Below, in pieces: positions 38,142-52,135 of a DNA stretch of 64,000 bases; position 1 is the stretch's first letter, and each line of letters starts with the position of its first letter. The translations under genes and the position numbers were made by a program. Under the pieces are notes generated by a model. The model ran no database searches. It saw only the letters and a program-made list of their open reading frames with translations, and was not told the origin of the DNA. The stretch is from positions 32,736,001-32,800,000 of the forward strand of contig NC_042999.1 of NCBI RefSeq assembly GCF_006345805.1. Direction: 5' to 3'. Source of the stretch: Octopus sinensis (taxonomy: Eukaryota).

Positions 38142-40057
38142 TATTTCGAACTAGCATTTGATAGTATGCCACGCACATGAATCCTAAAGACATTAGCTAT
38201 GAACAAGGTAGCACCAATAATCATAAAATATATAACAAATTCCATGAATAAATGGCAGACAGTGCGACAGCTCCGAGAAACGAAATCCATCCCCATTATG
38301 AGAGGAATATTCCAGGGAGACACGCTCTCTTTACTCCTTTTCTGCGTGGCACTGACACCTTTATCTAATATGCTAAACAGAACTGGATGTGAATGCAACA
38401 GTTACGGTAAGTCAACGGGCCACCTCTTATATATGAATGATCTAAAACTGTACGCTACAAATAATAAACACCTGGAAACATAACTACAGATTTTACATGG
38501 ATTTACGAAAGAAATAAACATGAAATTTGCCTTAGAAAAATGTGCCAAGAAGAAAGATAATTAAGGGTAGCAACATCCCAGTAGATAATGCAAATGAAAT
38601 AAAATATTAGACCAAAAACAGACATACAAATACTTAGCAATCAATAAACTAGATGCGATACAGCACACACAAAAGAAAGAGAAGATAAAAAATACTATAG
38701 ACGCGTTAGATTAATACGGGGAACAGAGCTAAATGCCAAAACAAGGTATCAACTGGGAACAGAGCTAAATGCCAAAACAAGGTATCAACACACTAGCCGT
38801 CCCAGTAATAAGTTATAGCTACAATATTCTTAATTGGACACTAAATGAACTAATCAAAATAGACTGGAAAACAATAAAAATAATGACAGTATTTAGGATA
38901 CACCACACAAAATCTAAAATAGGCAGGTTATATATACAACGTATCGAATGTGGTACAGGCTTTATAGATCTAGAAAACTATTACAAAATAACCATTATAC
39001 GACTACAGTAATACCTACTCCGTGTAAATCTAATACAAATATCCACAAATGAGAACAAAACGAAAAAGTGTTTTCAGTCCTTAAGGAAGCTGATAAATAC
39101 AAAAAAAAACGAAGTCATAATACCTAACGAGTATGAAGTAAAGGAGGAATCAAGGAAAGCTCTAAAAAAAGACAACTGAAATCCAAACTAAAACTGGAAC
39201 AGCAACGGATCATGATAAGACGACAGCAAATAACTGCAAGAAAAGCGCCTTCATAACAAATACTGTTTAAATTAAACAGAAAAGAAAGTGACAAAGAAAA
39301 CTCCCAAAAATGGCTGAGGCGGAAGGATTTTTAAGTGCAGCACAAGAACAAAGCTTTCCCACAAGAAATTTCCAAAAACCTGCAATGAAAAAAAAAAAGC
39401 AATAACTGCAGAATGTGTGGAGATGAAAAAAAACCAATAAATCATATTGTCTCTGGTTGCCCAGTCTTGGTTAAGAATGAATATATCCACAGACACGATA
39501 GTGTTGGGTCCTGGAAGCTCTGCCAACATTATGGAATAACAAAAGAAAGAAGATAGAGTATGCACACGCCAGAAAAGGTAGAAGAAAATGAGTATGCAAC
39601 CACAACTTGGGATATGCCAATACACACAGATAGAGAAATTAAGGCTTATAAGCCGTATGTAGTTGTCAGAGATCATGAAGAAAAGAAAATGCCTTCTAAT
39701 CGATGTAGCAATACGAACAGATGAAAATGTATCTTTAAAAAAACCGAAAAACGTTCAAAATATAGGGATCTATAAATAGATGTAACTCGAATGTGGTGTC
39801 TGAAAGCAGAAACAACTCCTATCATAGTAGGCGCTTTAGGTATGATAAAAACATCCAGACAAATACATAACAAAAACACCAACACTAACAAGTATGTATA
39901 ACATAGAGAAAATAGCACTACTAGGAACCGCACACATCCTACGTAAAACACTTTCAATACAGTAAAAATAAGATCAACGCAAGAAACCACAGTACATACA
40001 CAAGGCACACAGAGCTGTACTCGGCAGTGAAAGCACGTGATAAAAGTAAGATCACTG

Positions 40058-40058
<1 letters not shown>
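38142..40058 (+). mobile_element. R4/Dong-clade LINE, 5'-truncated and decayed (RT, CCHC, RLE)
   Basis: AFDSM, RGIFQGDTLSLLLFCVAL, HLLYMNDLKLYA, CRMCG...INHIVSGCP, YIHRHD, IALLGTAHILRKTLSIQ*; followed by an (AAT)n tract, the established Dong target. Confidence 0.9.
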
Positions 40059-40091
<33 letters not shown>

Positions 40092-40105
40092 TAATAATAA
40101 TAATA

Positions 40106-40150
<45 letters not shown>

Positions 40151-40254
40151 TAATAATAATAATAATAATAATAATGATGATGATGATGATAATAATAATA
40201 ATAAAATAATAATAATAATAAATAATAATAATAATAATAATGATAATAATAATA

Positions 40255-40327
<73 letters not shown>
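40059..40327. repeat. (AAT)n tract
   Basis: Read directly. Confidence 0.95.
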
Positions 40328-41782
40328 GAATGCCCTGATGCAGTGCCAGGCAATGGCTCTCGTGGCTTCTAATCTTAACTGATTGGAAATGTTATCATGT
40401 ACGTTGTTTTGTCTTGGTATAAAAGATGGGCTACAGAAAATTTTCTGCTCAATACCACAGATTTGCTTCTCAGTTGTTTGACCTTAACCAGTTGATCATG
40501 TCCCTTAGTGGATCTCTGATCACGAGCAGAAGTAGTGGAGGAGCATTATAGCCATGTGTTGAGAGGGATTCTTTGGGGTTTGAATAATTCACCTCTGGAA
40601 ACATGGGTGTTTCGTTCAGCATCCTTACAAAACCCTTATTCCGGGGCCTTTTGAGCGGGATGTGTTACTCGACCAGAAGAAAATTCTAACTGGGCTCCCA
40701 CCTGCAAGGTCATGTGCTGTTTATCGTGATATGAGATCACCATGTCACGCACATATGGTTGTGATGCATGTGTCTAGTGTACCCTTATCAGACGGGTAGT
40801 CATGATGAGTAAACTGGGCTTCGTATATTTTGCCCTAGTGTCACTTTGATGGCATGCTCTGCTCGCTCACTCAATAATAATAATATGGTATAAAAGATGG
40901 GCTACAGCAAATATTTTGCTCAATACCACAGATTTGCTTGTCAGTTGTTTGACCATAACCAGTTGACCATGTCCCTTAGTGGCTGACGATATGTGCATCT
41001 CTGATCACGAGCAGAAGTAGTGGGGGAGCATCATAGCCATGTGTTGATAGGGATTCTTTGGGGTTTGAATAATTCACCTCTGGAAACATGGGTGGTTCTT
41101 TCAACATCCTTAAACAACCCTTATTCAGGGACCTTTTGAGCGGGATGGGTTACTCAACCTGGGCCCCACCTGCAAGGTCATGTGCTGTTTATCTTGATAT
41201 GAGATCCCAATGTTGCGCACATATGGTTGTGATGCATGTGCCTGGTGTACCCTTATCAGATGGGTAGTCATGATGGGTATACTGGGCTTCGTATATTTTA
41301 CCCCAGTGTCACTTTGATGGCATGAACTGCTCTCTCACTCAATAATAATAATAATAGAATGCCCTGATGCAGTACCAGGCAGTGGTTCTCGTGGCTTCTA
41401 ATCATAACTGATTGGAAGTGTTCCGTACGTTGTTTTTTCTTGCTATAGAAAATGAGCTACGGCAAATATTCTGCTCAATACCACAGATTTGCTTGTCAGT
41501 TGTTTGGCCTTAACCAGTTTATTATGTTCCTTATTGGCTGATTCATGAGCATCTCTGATCACGAGCAGAAGTAGTGGGGGAACATCATAGCCATGTGTTG
41601 AGAGGGATTCTTTGGGGTTTGAATAATTCACCTCAGGAAACATGGGTGTTTTGTTCAGCATACTTACAAAACCCTTATTCACGGACCTTTTGAGCGGGAT
41701 GGGTGACTCGACCCGAAGAAAATTCTAACTGGGCCTCACTTGCAAGGTCTTCTGCTGTTTAACTTGATATGAGATCACCATA
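40328..41782 (+). mobile_element. Three head-to-tail copies of a ~540-bp non-coding element separated by short (AAT)n
   Basis: Copy 1 40328-40872, copy 2 (5'-truncated) ~40886-41340, copy 3 (3'-truncated) ~41357-41782; a fourth copy lies inverted at ~63095-63558. Confidence 0.85.
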
Positions 41783-42389
41783 TCACTATATCAGATAATA
41801 CCGCAACACGCAAATCTATTGAGATCAATGAACCCGATAAAATTCTTCCTAAAATGAATTACTCTGTATCCAAATGCAATGTAACATCGATGGTGAAGCA
41901 TTATTCAGAATACGTATATGATATAGTATACCTGGTAAAGGAAAATGTTTACATCGCATCTTCCATTTTAATTAATGCTCGTTTTGTAATCTCTGATCTG
42001 TCTAAATATAATATCAGAGTTATCATTATGGGTGTGATTTTCTTACAATTTTGGTCAAAAATAAGCTAAGAAACAATGGGATATATTTTCAGTTCTCATA
42101 TTTAAAAGTTTTATTGCATACTGATATCATCCGGAAATGAATGAATGTTGCAGCTTCTAACAAACATATTTCGTAAATTAGACTCATCCATATGTCAAAA
42201 AATAGGAAAAACCTCTTCATCCCTTCTTTTCAAGTGACCATTGTACTTCCCTTTCAACTAAGAATACGTTTCAAAAGCATCCATACCTTCTCATTACCCT
42301 TCCTGAGTTTTTTTTTTTCAATTCTTCTGGGTCGTTTTTTTCCCAATAGTCCATAATTATATTCAATATAGTAGATACCATAAAGCGAT

Positions 42390-42575
42390 AAGGTCGCTGG
42401 ATTGTTTAGATACCTGGCAACATGCTCAGAAGTATTTCGTCTCATTTTACGTTCTGAATTCAAATTCATCTGAGGTAAGCTTTCTCTTTCATCCTTTCGT
42501 GGTTGATAATATAATTCCCTCTGAGGACTGGGGTAGGTGTAATAGACTTTACCCATCCCCAAATTTCCTGTTCTT
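42390..42575 (+). mobile_element. Degraded Meta/MESC-like SINE
   Basis: GTATTTCGTCT...ACGTTCTGAATTCAAATTC...TTTCATCCTTTCG. Confidence 0.7.
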
Positions 42576-44140
42576 TAGCCAAACTTTGCAACTATGAAGT
42601 TATGATTTATGTCACGTCACTATTACGATATTTAAAACCATCTAATGAACAAAGACACTACACTTGAATCTCGTATGTTTCTAAGGGCAGAATCAATTTA
42701 AAAAGTGTGTTCGCAATTCGTAAAATAATGTTGACAGTTGTTAGGGCGACAATACCTATGATTGCGATGATTCCGAGCTGTGGGATATATGGAATAAAAT
42801 CATAATATATTTTACAAAATATATGATCGCTATGGGAAAATTAACCTATTCTCTCCTAATGAAAATTCATCAGTAGCTTTACTTGTAAAATGTTCCGCAA
42901 ATAAAGTGTTCTTTAAATTCTATAAATTATGAAACTGGAAGATGAAATCAAGCTGATGACTTTATAGTTTCTTTCAAAGACATACAGATACATATGTGTA
43001 AAACCTGTTTCCCAATACTGAAATAACTGACTAGAATACTGCTGTAATTTTCGACAAGATGATAGAGTAGTTATTTAGATATGTTTTTGTGGTTTGAACG
43101 ATAATGTAATTCGATTACTATTGATTTTGCAAACAAGCTGTTTATTGATTTCTAGTGAAATATTTTATGGTATTAATTTATCTTAGAAATGGTATCGATT
43201 TTTTTTTTCTGTAATTTACTTTTTGAAAATTCTACTGAAAAATCAATCAAAGGCTGATACACTTTCATTCTATTTTTACGAAATAAAATTTGTGTTTTTG
43301 TTTTTGTCTTGCTATATAGAGCGAAAGGGAAATCTACAAAAAATATTTTCAATGATTTACTTGTTATGTTTTCCATCACACTGGAAAACTACCTTAGGGA
43401 AAGGAAAAGAATTTTGGAAAAAGAATAACACACTCACACCTACATTAACAAGTAGATAGTAATTTTGCTGGATTATATGTATATGTATTATCAGAAATGT
43501 ATGCCCAAAGAGAACGCTGAATGATAATCATTGTTGTCGTTCATAATTGAACTTAATCTGAAATTTAATCACGTTTACTTTCGTGTGTGTGTGTGCTTCT
43601 TTTACTCGTGTAATAAGATATCGATAAGATGGTACTGAAAACTCTGGTCATGCTGGAGTGGGTGGAGTTTGATTTAATGACAGAGCCTGCCAAGAACAAA
43701 TGTTTTGCCTTTCCACAGCTATACCTGTATCCTTTATGCGAACACCGATGCTGATATTAATTTCCAACACAAACAGAATCGCTACGAGAAATGTAAAACC
43801 AAGTACTTGTCGTTGTTATCGAGGTTAAATTCATATATCAATTTTGGTGTGATCAAAAATGACACCATCCCCGAATGATATTTACCGAATAAAAAAATAT
43901 TCCAGAACTTTCCTGTATATATTTTAACTCTGATTTCCCTTTATCTGCTTTTCCTCCATCTGATGCCACTGTAGTGCTTCGGAAAATGGAATATTATCGA
44001 CACTTCACTTGCGTTGTCAAACCAAATTGCTTCCATAATAGATGTATATGATTACTATATTTTGGCACGCTTTTCCAAAATGCTGTTCCACGTAAGTGTT
44101 TACATACACACACATACACGCACATATATGTGTATATTCT

Positions 44141-44220
<80 letters not shown>

Positions 44221-44230
<10 letters not shown>

Positions 44231-44463
44231 GAAATGAAGTACTGTCTTATATCCCTCCCCACCACTACACACTCAATAACACTATAAAATGTTCAAAAAT
44301 TTTTACACAGGAACTTACTTCGATTTGAAAATCCCACTAGAAAAGGAGAAAGCGTTGATACATGATCTATGTTACATGATGTATAAACACATGTAATATA
44401 CAAATAAATATCTGTAAATATAAAACCATTCGAATTTCTGAGTACCTCATTTCTTCTAATATA
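44221..44463. mobile_element. Short TA-flanked element with ~22-bp inverted ends; right half also at ~16176-16302
   Basis: TATTAGAAGAAATGAAGTACT / AGTACCTCATTTCTTCTAATA; CCCACTAGAA...AAATAAATATCT shared with the 16.2-kb copy. Confidence 0.6.
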
Positions 44464-44647
44464 AAATACATATACATCATCTCCAAACCTTCCAATATAT
44501 TTTTTTTTTTCTCAACGAAGCCACCGATAATTTTGCGACCCCGAGTCCTCCAATTACTATTTATCTTGGCTCTGTCCTGTCTTCAGGAGTCATGTCCTGC
44601 TTATTTCAGGGAAAGAAGGGAAAAAAGAAAAAAAACTCTATGTGGGC

Positions 44648-44925
44648 GTTTTTTCTTTTCTCCCTTCTTTCCCTTTTTTCTTTTTTCTTTTTTCTTTTTT
44701 TATTTTTTCTCCCCCTTTTTCTTTTTCTTTTTCCTCTTTCTTTCTTCTTTCTTCTTTTTTCTTTTTTTTTTCTTTTTTCTTTTCTTCTCCCCTTTTTTCT
44801 TTTTTCTTTTTTCTTTTTTCTTTTCCTTTTTTTCTTTTTTCTTTTTTCTTTTTTCTTTTTCCTTTTTCTTTCTTTTTCCCTTTCCTTGTCTCGTTTCTTC
44901 TCTTTCCTTTCTTTTCTTTTCTTTG
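44648..44925. repeat. ~280-bp polypyrimidine/polypurine low-complexity tract
   Basis: Almost exclusively T/C on the plus strand. Confidence 0.9.
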
Positions 44926-45417
44926 CTCCACAAAAAATTCCTTCAGCCTTTAGAAGTCATAACTTAGCAGTCTTGTGAATTGAACAGTAATGTGGCAAAT
45001 ACCTTATCATATAGCATGAAATGATACCCACCTCATTGCGGATTAACCATGGATAAATTCATCGTCTGAGAGTATGAAATTCCTCCTCATATCTCTTGAA
45101 ATTTACATCTACACTACGGATTAATTCACCTTCTCTGTGAAGCTAATAAGCTTTTTTTAAAAACCTGTGATAAGACTGTGCATCATCATTAAGGAACTTC
45201 GGAAATCTGTTTACAACCTCAATCTGCTTTTAATGAAATTATCTCCAATACTTCATGAGTATAGCCTCACCCACTAAGATGTTGGAGAACTCATATGTAT
45301 TTTAGCTGATGAGTACGGGACACTTTTATCTGCTGCAATTTTTGCAACTTTAATAAAGCCTGTCTTTGTATGAAACAATTGTACTAAAAACTAATCCATT
45401 CTTGTTGCTTCTTTCTC

Positions 45418-45466
<49 letters not shown>

Positions 45467-47427
45467 ATATACATATGTGTGTGTGTGTGTGTGTGTGCGT
45501 GTGTGTGTGTGTGTGAGATAGAGAGAGAGAGAGAGAGAGGAAACTGGTCACTGTTTTTAATGTCCTTAAGAATACCGAGAAGGTTAGCGATACTTATATG
45601 AAGCAAACTCCCAAATGATGGTAATGCCATTACGTCCCACTACTGATTTGTGCCCATACCAGCTTCTCACATGTTCAGCGCCGTGGCTTTGTACAAAGTC
45701 CAATGAATGTGTTGTCCGGTTCAGTCGTGTCTAGCTTTATATTCGATGGAAGGCGGGGTTGACCATCACAGGCTCTAAATTTGGAGACTGCACTCTTTTG
45801 AGAACGTTACATTGAGAATATTTATGTAGAAATTCTGGTCCTGAACAAGAAGAATTAATTCATTTTCATTCTGTCGTCACCTCTGAACTTCGCAGCCACA
45901 GATGAGATTTTTAGGAGTCTACACCAGCTTCTTGCTTGAGTAGAAGGTGTCTAAGCTTGCTACACCCATCTACATTTCGAGATTTTAAATTCTGCTTTGT
46001 TTTCATTCACGAAATGTATTTTTGTTCCCGTTTGTAGTATTAATTCATCTTCATTAATGACTTTTTTTCTATTTAAATTCTGTAATGGATATGTTTCGCG
46101 GCTTATTTGTTTCCAGACAGCTGTTTCTTATTATATTCCTGTTATCTCACTGACATACCATCAATCTTTGACGTGGTTGTTGTTGGCTTTATTAAGTAAA
46201 TAACTTTGTTTTAAAAATCTTAAATTTATATCATAGAGTAATGTAGGTTGTGTTCACAAAATGAAATGGAAAATTTTATTGATTAAATTTGGTGAAGTTG
46301 TAATTACTAAAAATGTGTCATACACATAGAGCTTTCTATTTAGCTATGTATATTTAGGTGTGTCATCTTCAGGTCACAAAACTGCTGTCCAACATTCTTT
46401 GTCACAACTTTTAACTTGAAGTTAACACACCTATACATACACATGTTATAATTTTTTTTCATATATGAATAAATTCTGAAAATTTGCTTTTCCATAACTG
46501 TAATGAATAAAATTTCTCCATATCATCTTGCCTCCACAATCTACCATATACCTTACTTACCATTCAATATGTGTTGATCACTTGCATATCACGCGTTGTC
46601 CCAATTATCGGCCGATCCGATTGCCTGTCATATGATGGAACATTATTAAATATCTTTGACATCTGCACATTTTTCTCAGTGTTAGAGCACTTTTCTGAGG
46701 TTTGAGAGACCTGCAGAGAACTCTCCCTTCTTGCTAAGCCAACCGGGAAAATATCACAGGTCTCAGAGACAGCAGAGAACGAACGTATCATCTCTCACAG
46801 CAGGCAAGCCAGATCGACGCCAGAGATATTTATCACCAGAGAACCGATACACACATCAGCAAATAGCACCAAGTTTTCCTTCGCAGGTTACAGCTAGAAA
46901 TGAGAAGGAAATTTTCATATCAGCAACCAACACGTCTCGATTTCTCGCACCAAATTAGTGATTATCATTATAGATTTTGATCCCCTACCTGCATTTATTG
47001 AGAAGTGTATATTTAATTGTTCTTCTATGAAATACACATTATAATAAAATTATACACTTATCTGTGTGTGTGTATAGGTGTGTGTGTTTGCCAGCTGTTA
47101 GTTGTGTGTGAGCGCCAGGTTGTAAGTGCCTGCGTTTATTTATGTCAAAGAGCACTTCCACAAAGATTCCGAATCCCACGCTTTTGCATCTGTTACACGG
47201 CAAGCGATTGTTGGTGGTAACTTTCGAAATTACCTGCAGTGGGAGGAAACCGATACCAATGTATTTGAGACGTGCGCGTTATAAGTATTGGTCTAAGCTT
47301 GCCCGCCACTCGTACGTAAACAATGAATAAATTTCATCTGTTAATGATTGATTATTTTAATTATTATATTTCTATTTCATAATTATATATATATATAAAT
47401 TTATTTTTCTCTTCATTCCACTCCACA

Positions 47428-47500
<73 letters not shown>

Positions 47501-47757
47501 TTTTGAATAATTATAGCATTGAAGGGATCACAACAATAATAATGAGTAGGTCAGTTTATTGATTCCATCTGCAAACTACAGATTTCAGACTAATTATAGC
47601 GAATGAGAGATGAATACACTGTTAATCACACCGAGCAGAGGCAGAAAATTAAGCTCTAATTATTTAACGGTTTAGTGTTTAACAAAGCTTCAGATTCATC
47701 GTTATTCTTTTCGCTACAATGGAATTCTAAATGTAACTAAACATTAATTATACTCAT

Positions 47758-47789
<32 letters not shown>

Positions 47790-48204
47790 AAATGTGTGTC
47801 TGTGTGTGTGTGTGTGTGTGTGTATGTGTGTATTATATATTAATATGAATCGGCGAGGCGTCGGTTAACTTTGTATTGCAATCCATCTAAATTTCAACGC
47901 AAAGCAACAGATTTTGATCTTCAGTTAGCGACAAAACACTTTTTGTTTCTAAATTGCTATTTTTGCCGTCATTGTATAATTACTGTTTAGTGTACAATGA
48001 TTAATGCATAAAATGCCGTATCGAATGCAAAAAAATTTCATTTACTTTCCACTTGGTGACTTTTTCTACACTGAAAAATATACTACTGAAAGGCACTTGA
48101 CTTGCATTTACTTAATTCTTTATCTACATACTTATAACCAATTGAATTTCGATGGTAAATTATTACGCTAAAAAATATTTCCTATAACGCCTGTGTACAT
48201 TCTC

Positions 48205-48880
48205 TAAATAGCCTTGGGCCGACCGAAGACATGTGAGTGGATTAGTGAGACAGATACTTAAAGAAGCCCGTTGTAATTAAATAGAGAAAGAGAGAGTGGC
48301 AAGTCGACCATATTCGGCCATAAATTACCATGGGACTGCAGGTATACAATTTTACCTTCCGAGACAGGAGTCCAAAATAGGTTGTTTATGAACGATGAGC
48401 TGTCACCCACTCATACCAGACTCACTTCTCCACGCGACCGATGTTATCTAAGGGAAAGGGTGATATTGCTTGCTTGACACCAGTGACGCTGCAACTCACT
48501 CCCACAGCTGGGGGAAGTGAGACAATATGAAATAAAATGTCTTGCTCAAGCATAAAACATACAACCCCCTCCAGCAATTGAACTCACTCACTCATGACTG
48601 TGAGCCCGACGCTCTAATTACTGAGCCATGCTCCTTCACACACACACACACACACACACATATAGACACATCTATCCGTGCGTATATGTCTTTGTGTCTG
48701 TGTTTGTTCCTACACCATCGCTTGCTGTTGGTTTGTTTACGTGTCCGTAACGCAGCGGTTCTGTAAAAGATTCTGATAGAGGCTTCAAAAATTAGTACTA
48801 CGGTCAATTCATTCGACTAAAATTTCCAGCTGATGTCTCTGCATGGCCGCAGTCTAAAGACTGAAGCCAGTAAAAAATAG
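48205..48880. mobile_element. Nested SINEs: 35272-family copy (+) interrupted by an opposite-strand tRNA SINE (~48380-48637)
   Basis: GGGCCGACCGAAGACATGTGAGTGG upstream and CACCATCGCTTG...GCATGGCCGCAGTC downstream; minus-strand head GGCTCAGTAATTAGAGCG...GAGTTCAATTG. Confidence 0.7.
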
Positions 48881-49466
48881 AAGATATGAGCAGCACCTTC
48901 ACGCACCCGAGTAAAACACCTGAAAATATTCGAACAAAAGTAACGTAATTCGAAATCAAATCTCTGCTTAAGCTTTTGTGCTCATACTAGTGAATAAAGA
49001 ATTCACATATTAGAAATTACACGTGACGAAGCCGAAAGTAAGTAAATTTTACTTAAAAGTTATTGAAGGATATGCCCACCAAACTGTACTTCGCATAATG
49101 AAAGAAAGAATTTCATTTAATATGAACCATATCGTTAAACCGGACGTAGACATTGTTTGTAAAAAATATAAGCACAGGCATGTAGGAGGGATGATCACTG
49201 ATCACCAAGAGGACATTCATTATTCTAGATGTAGATCCGATATGGTTTGACCACTAAGAAAAGATTATTCTCAGGAAAATTCAGCAAATGCCAGAACGTA
49301 ATCAAGCAAGACAAACGAATGGATCCAAAATATATTTTGGTGTGGAGACAGGAGTCTGTTATGTATCGGCGACAGCTAGTCTTCCATAAATAACCTTGCC
49401 CGGAATTGTGGAGGGTAACTTTCTAGATGCAATCCCATGGTCAGGCATGACCGAAGGGGGTCTTAG

Positions 49467-49500
<34 letters not shown>

Positions 49501-51440
49501 ATATATATACACAAACACACTTATGAGTGTGCGAGTGTGTGTGTGTTTGTGTGTGTGTTTGTCAGTGTATGTATAAATGGTGAATGTAAAGCGTTTCTTC
49601 CGAAACGTTTTCAACAGTTTGTTTCTTCAAATTAATATCGATTGCATTATATATAATGTGGAAAGAATGAATATATTTTTTCCCTACTAGAACCAACTTA
49701 ATATTCATCACAGCTAAATGATTTTTGTAGGTAGGATAAAGCTTTAAGATTACCACTTCTATTTTATGTATGCCACTAAAACTGCTGCAATCATAAAGGT
49801 GAGTTGTATATGAAAAACGCTTCAATGCAATGTCAGGGAAATTTATATATATATATATATTTTAATCTCCTTCAACTGCTAGCTTTACATATTTTGTTTT
49901 CAGGTGCTTTTCGCCTTTGATAACGTTATATCAAGGTGACATGTAAATGTTTCATACATGTGCTAGCAACAAGTAGGTAAATTTGAAATAATCCAAGTAA
50001 AATGTTCTATAACTATTTTCACTGAAAATTGAGTTGAAAACAAATTAATCTGTATTATTATTACTTGTTAATCACAGGTGGAAGTATTGTTGTTCTTGTA
50101 TCCTTGAATGAACAATAACGTTGGGTCTTGACATTGAAGCAGTAGCAAATATTTGAAGAGACTGTAGGAATTCATATTTTTCGCAAAAGTCAAAATGACA
50201 ACAATGATAGCGGCTTCAAGTAGCACCTGCAGCGAATCCACAGTTTAGCTTAGAGCAATTTTGTCGACTAATTACGACAGTTTTTCCATATTATTTGCCA
50301 AGTATTTATACCAAAATTTTCAGGCAGGCTCAGTTGATCAGATGTTCGTTGTCATAATACATGTCAATGACGTAAACAGAATTTAGAAAATTAGAAATCA
50401 CGTTCATCGTACATATATCTTCAGGTATAATGCGCCTTTGCAAATCCGAATTATAGTTTATTGTTAAAATGACCTTCGATTTGTTTTCTCAATATAGCAT
50501 GGCATTTTATACGTAACGCTATATTATTAAATCGAGTGAGTTCGTGACTCTACTACATTGAAAATGATTATATTCTTGGGGCACTTACAATTCACGACAT
50601 CAAATTATTGATGTCATTCTCTCATAAGCTGAAGTATCACCACAACAGATATCAGAGAACGCAGGTATCAATGCCTAAACCAAATACAAATTTAAATATG
50701 AAACTAAGCCAAAAGTAAACAACCCTATGCGATCAGCGACTACTGGAACAAAGCAGTCAAATAGTTCTCGCGTGTGTAATAGAAAGTCCGTTTATCTTAA
50801 TTGAAAGTAATATAATCGGTTAGATTTCATGCGCATAAAGTTCTGTATCATCTGCTAACATTGCAAATGTACCTTATTTCTATTCCTTACCTGGCTCATT
50901 TCAAATCTCTCTCATTTGAACACGTAACGACAATAATACCAATTATGTAGCTAATTCTAGAAATATAATAAATATTAATTATGGCAATCCTAATTTCAAT
51001 TAGTGTAAATTATCATGTGGGTTTACTGCAATATGTCATTAATTACCATCTACGTGTGTTACATACAAGATAAATTATGCAGGCATATAATTAAATATGG
51101 CTCTTGTTTCATTGGCACGAATATGTGATTTTCTATATGTAAAGGAATCTTCAATTTAGCATATTTCTGGTGTCTGCCGTAGCACACTTTGTTAAGATGG
51201 ACTTCTTTCTCTCCCACCGACAAATGCGTCTTCTTATATACGAAATTGAACTTTCTCCTCCTACACGCACTCACACGCACACACATATATGGTTAAAATG
51301 ACTTTGAGATTCTTCAGCTAGATCATGTGCTGCATATTGTTACTAGAGGGGTTGTAAATTGATTCGTCATTAACGCCACTATTGGTTACGGCATTGTTGA
51401 AGTAGGGGGCTCGCTTCTCAAAAACTTCTTTTGAGGAAAA

Positions 51441-52135
51441 CCTGATAGCCAACATTAGCAACAGAATATCTAACGGCTCATCTTTTAAAGAAATGTTTGA
51501 GGGGACAGCCTCCTACAACAATAATACCCTATTATTGTAGCTCTAATAATGAAATAATTTACAAACACCCTAGTACGAATAAGAAAACTAGACCTAAATA
51601 TAGACCTAGGAGAACAATTTGGTTCGTCCCCCCTTAATGCTGAGGCCAACCTATGTAACAGCTTCCAGTTTCTCTTACAGCAACATTCTCCCATAAATCA
51701 CAGGTACAGAAAAATATTCAACAGGTGCTTAGTCAAATTATCAGGTAAATGCTGTCCGAAAATGAAGAACATCATTACAGGGAAAAACCACTAAGAGCCT
51801 ACTCCCATTTTTAACACAGGAATTTGCCCACTCGATCAGGAGTGCATGATTAAATCCACACATACATGAGGCCGAAGTTACAGCAAATTTGTATGTTGTC
51901 ATAACCGAAAAGATTTACATCGGACTATGTGAAGATGACATCAAAAATCGCTACGCTAATCACATATCTTTCTTGTGACATCGGGACAACAGTGAAGCCA
52001 CTAATGTTGGCTGGATATCTATGCGGTTTCAAGTCTACACCACCACACCAAATATAATCAAGCGGAAAATAACTGACAAGTCCGCACCATATGTCAACAG
52101 ATCGAAAAATATAAGCTGTACGTAGCTCAAAGGTC
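51441..52135 (+). mobile_element. Penelope-like (Neptune-type) RT thumb/GIY-YIG remnant
   Basis: ISNRISNGSS..., IWFVPP, HRYRKIFNRCLVKLS, CPLDQECMIKS, KIYIGLCEDDIKNRYANH, DKSAPY. Confidence 0.75.

Noticed and set aside
38719-38790. 36-bp tandem duplication inside the Dong-like LINE (similar small ones at ~13176-13217, ~21570 and ~55285)
   Set aside because: Ordinary slippage mutations in neutral DNA.
40328-41782. CRISPR-like or satellite array
   Set aside because: Units are ~540 bp, variably truncated and also dispersed; there is no repeat-spacer structure and the context is eukaryotic.
49903-49975. Exon-like segment (TTTTCAG|...|GTAAAT)
   Set aside because: Stops in all three frames; it could only be a UTR exon and has no support.
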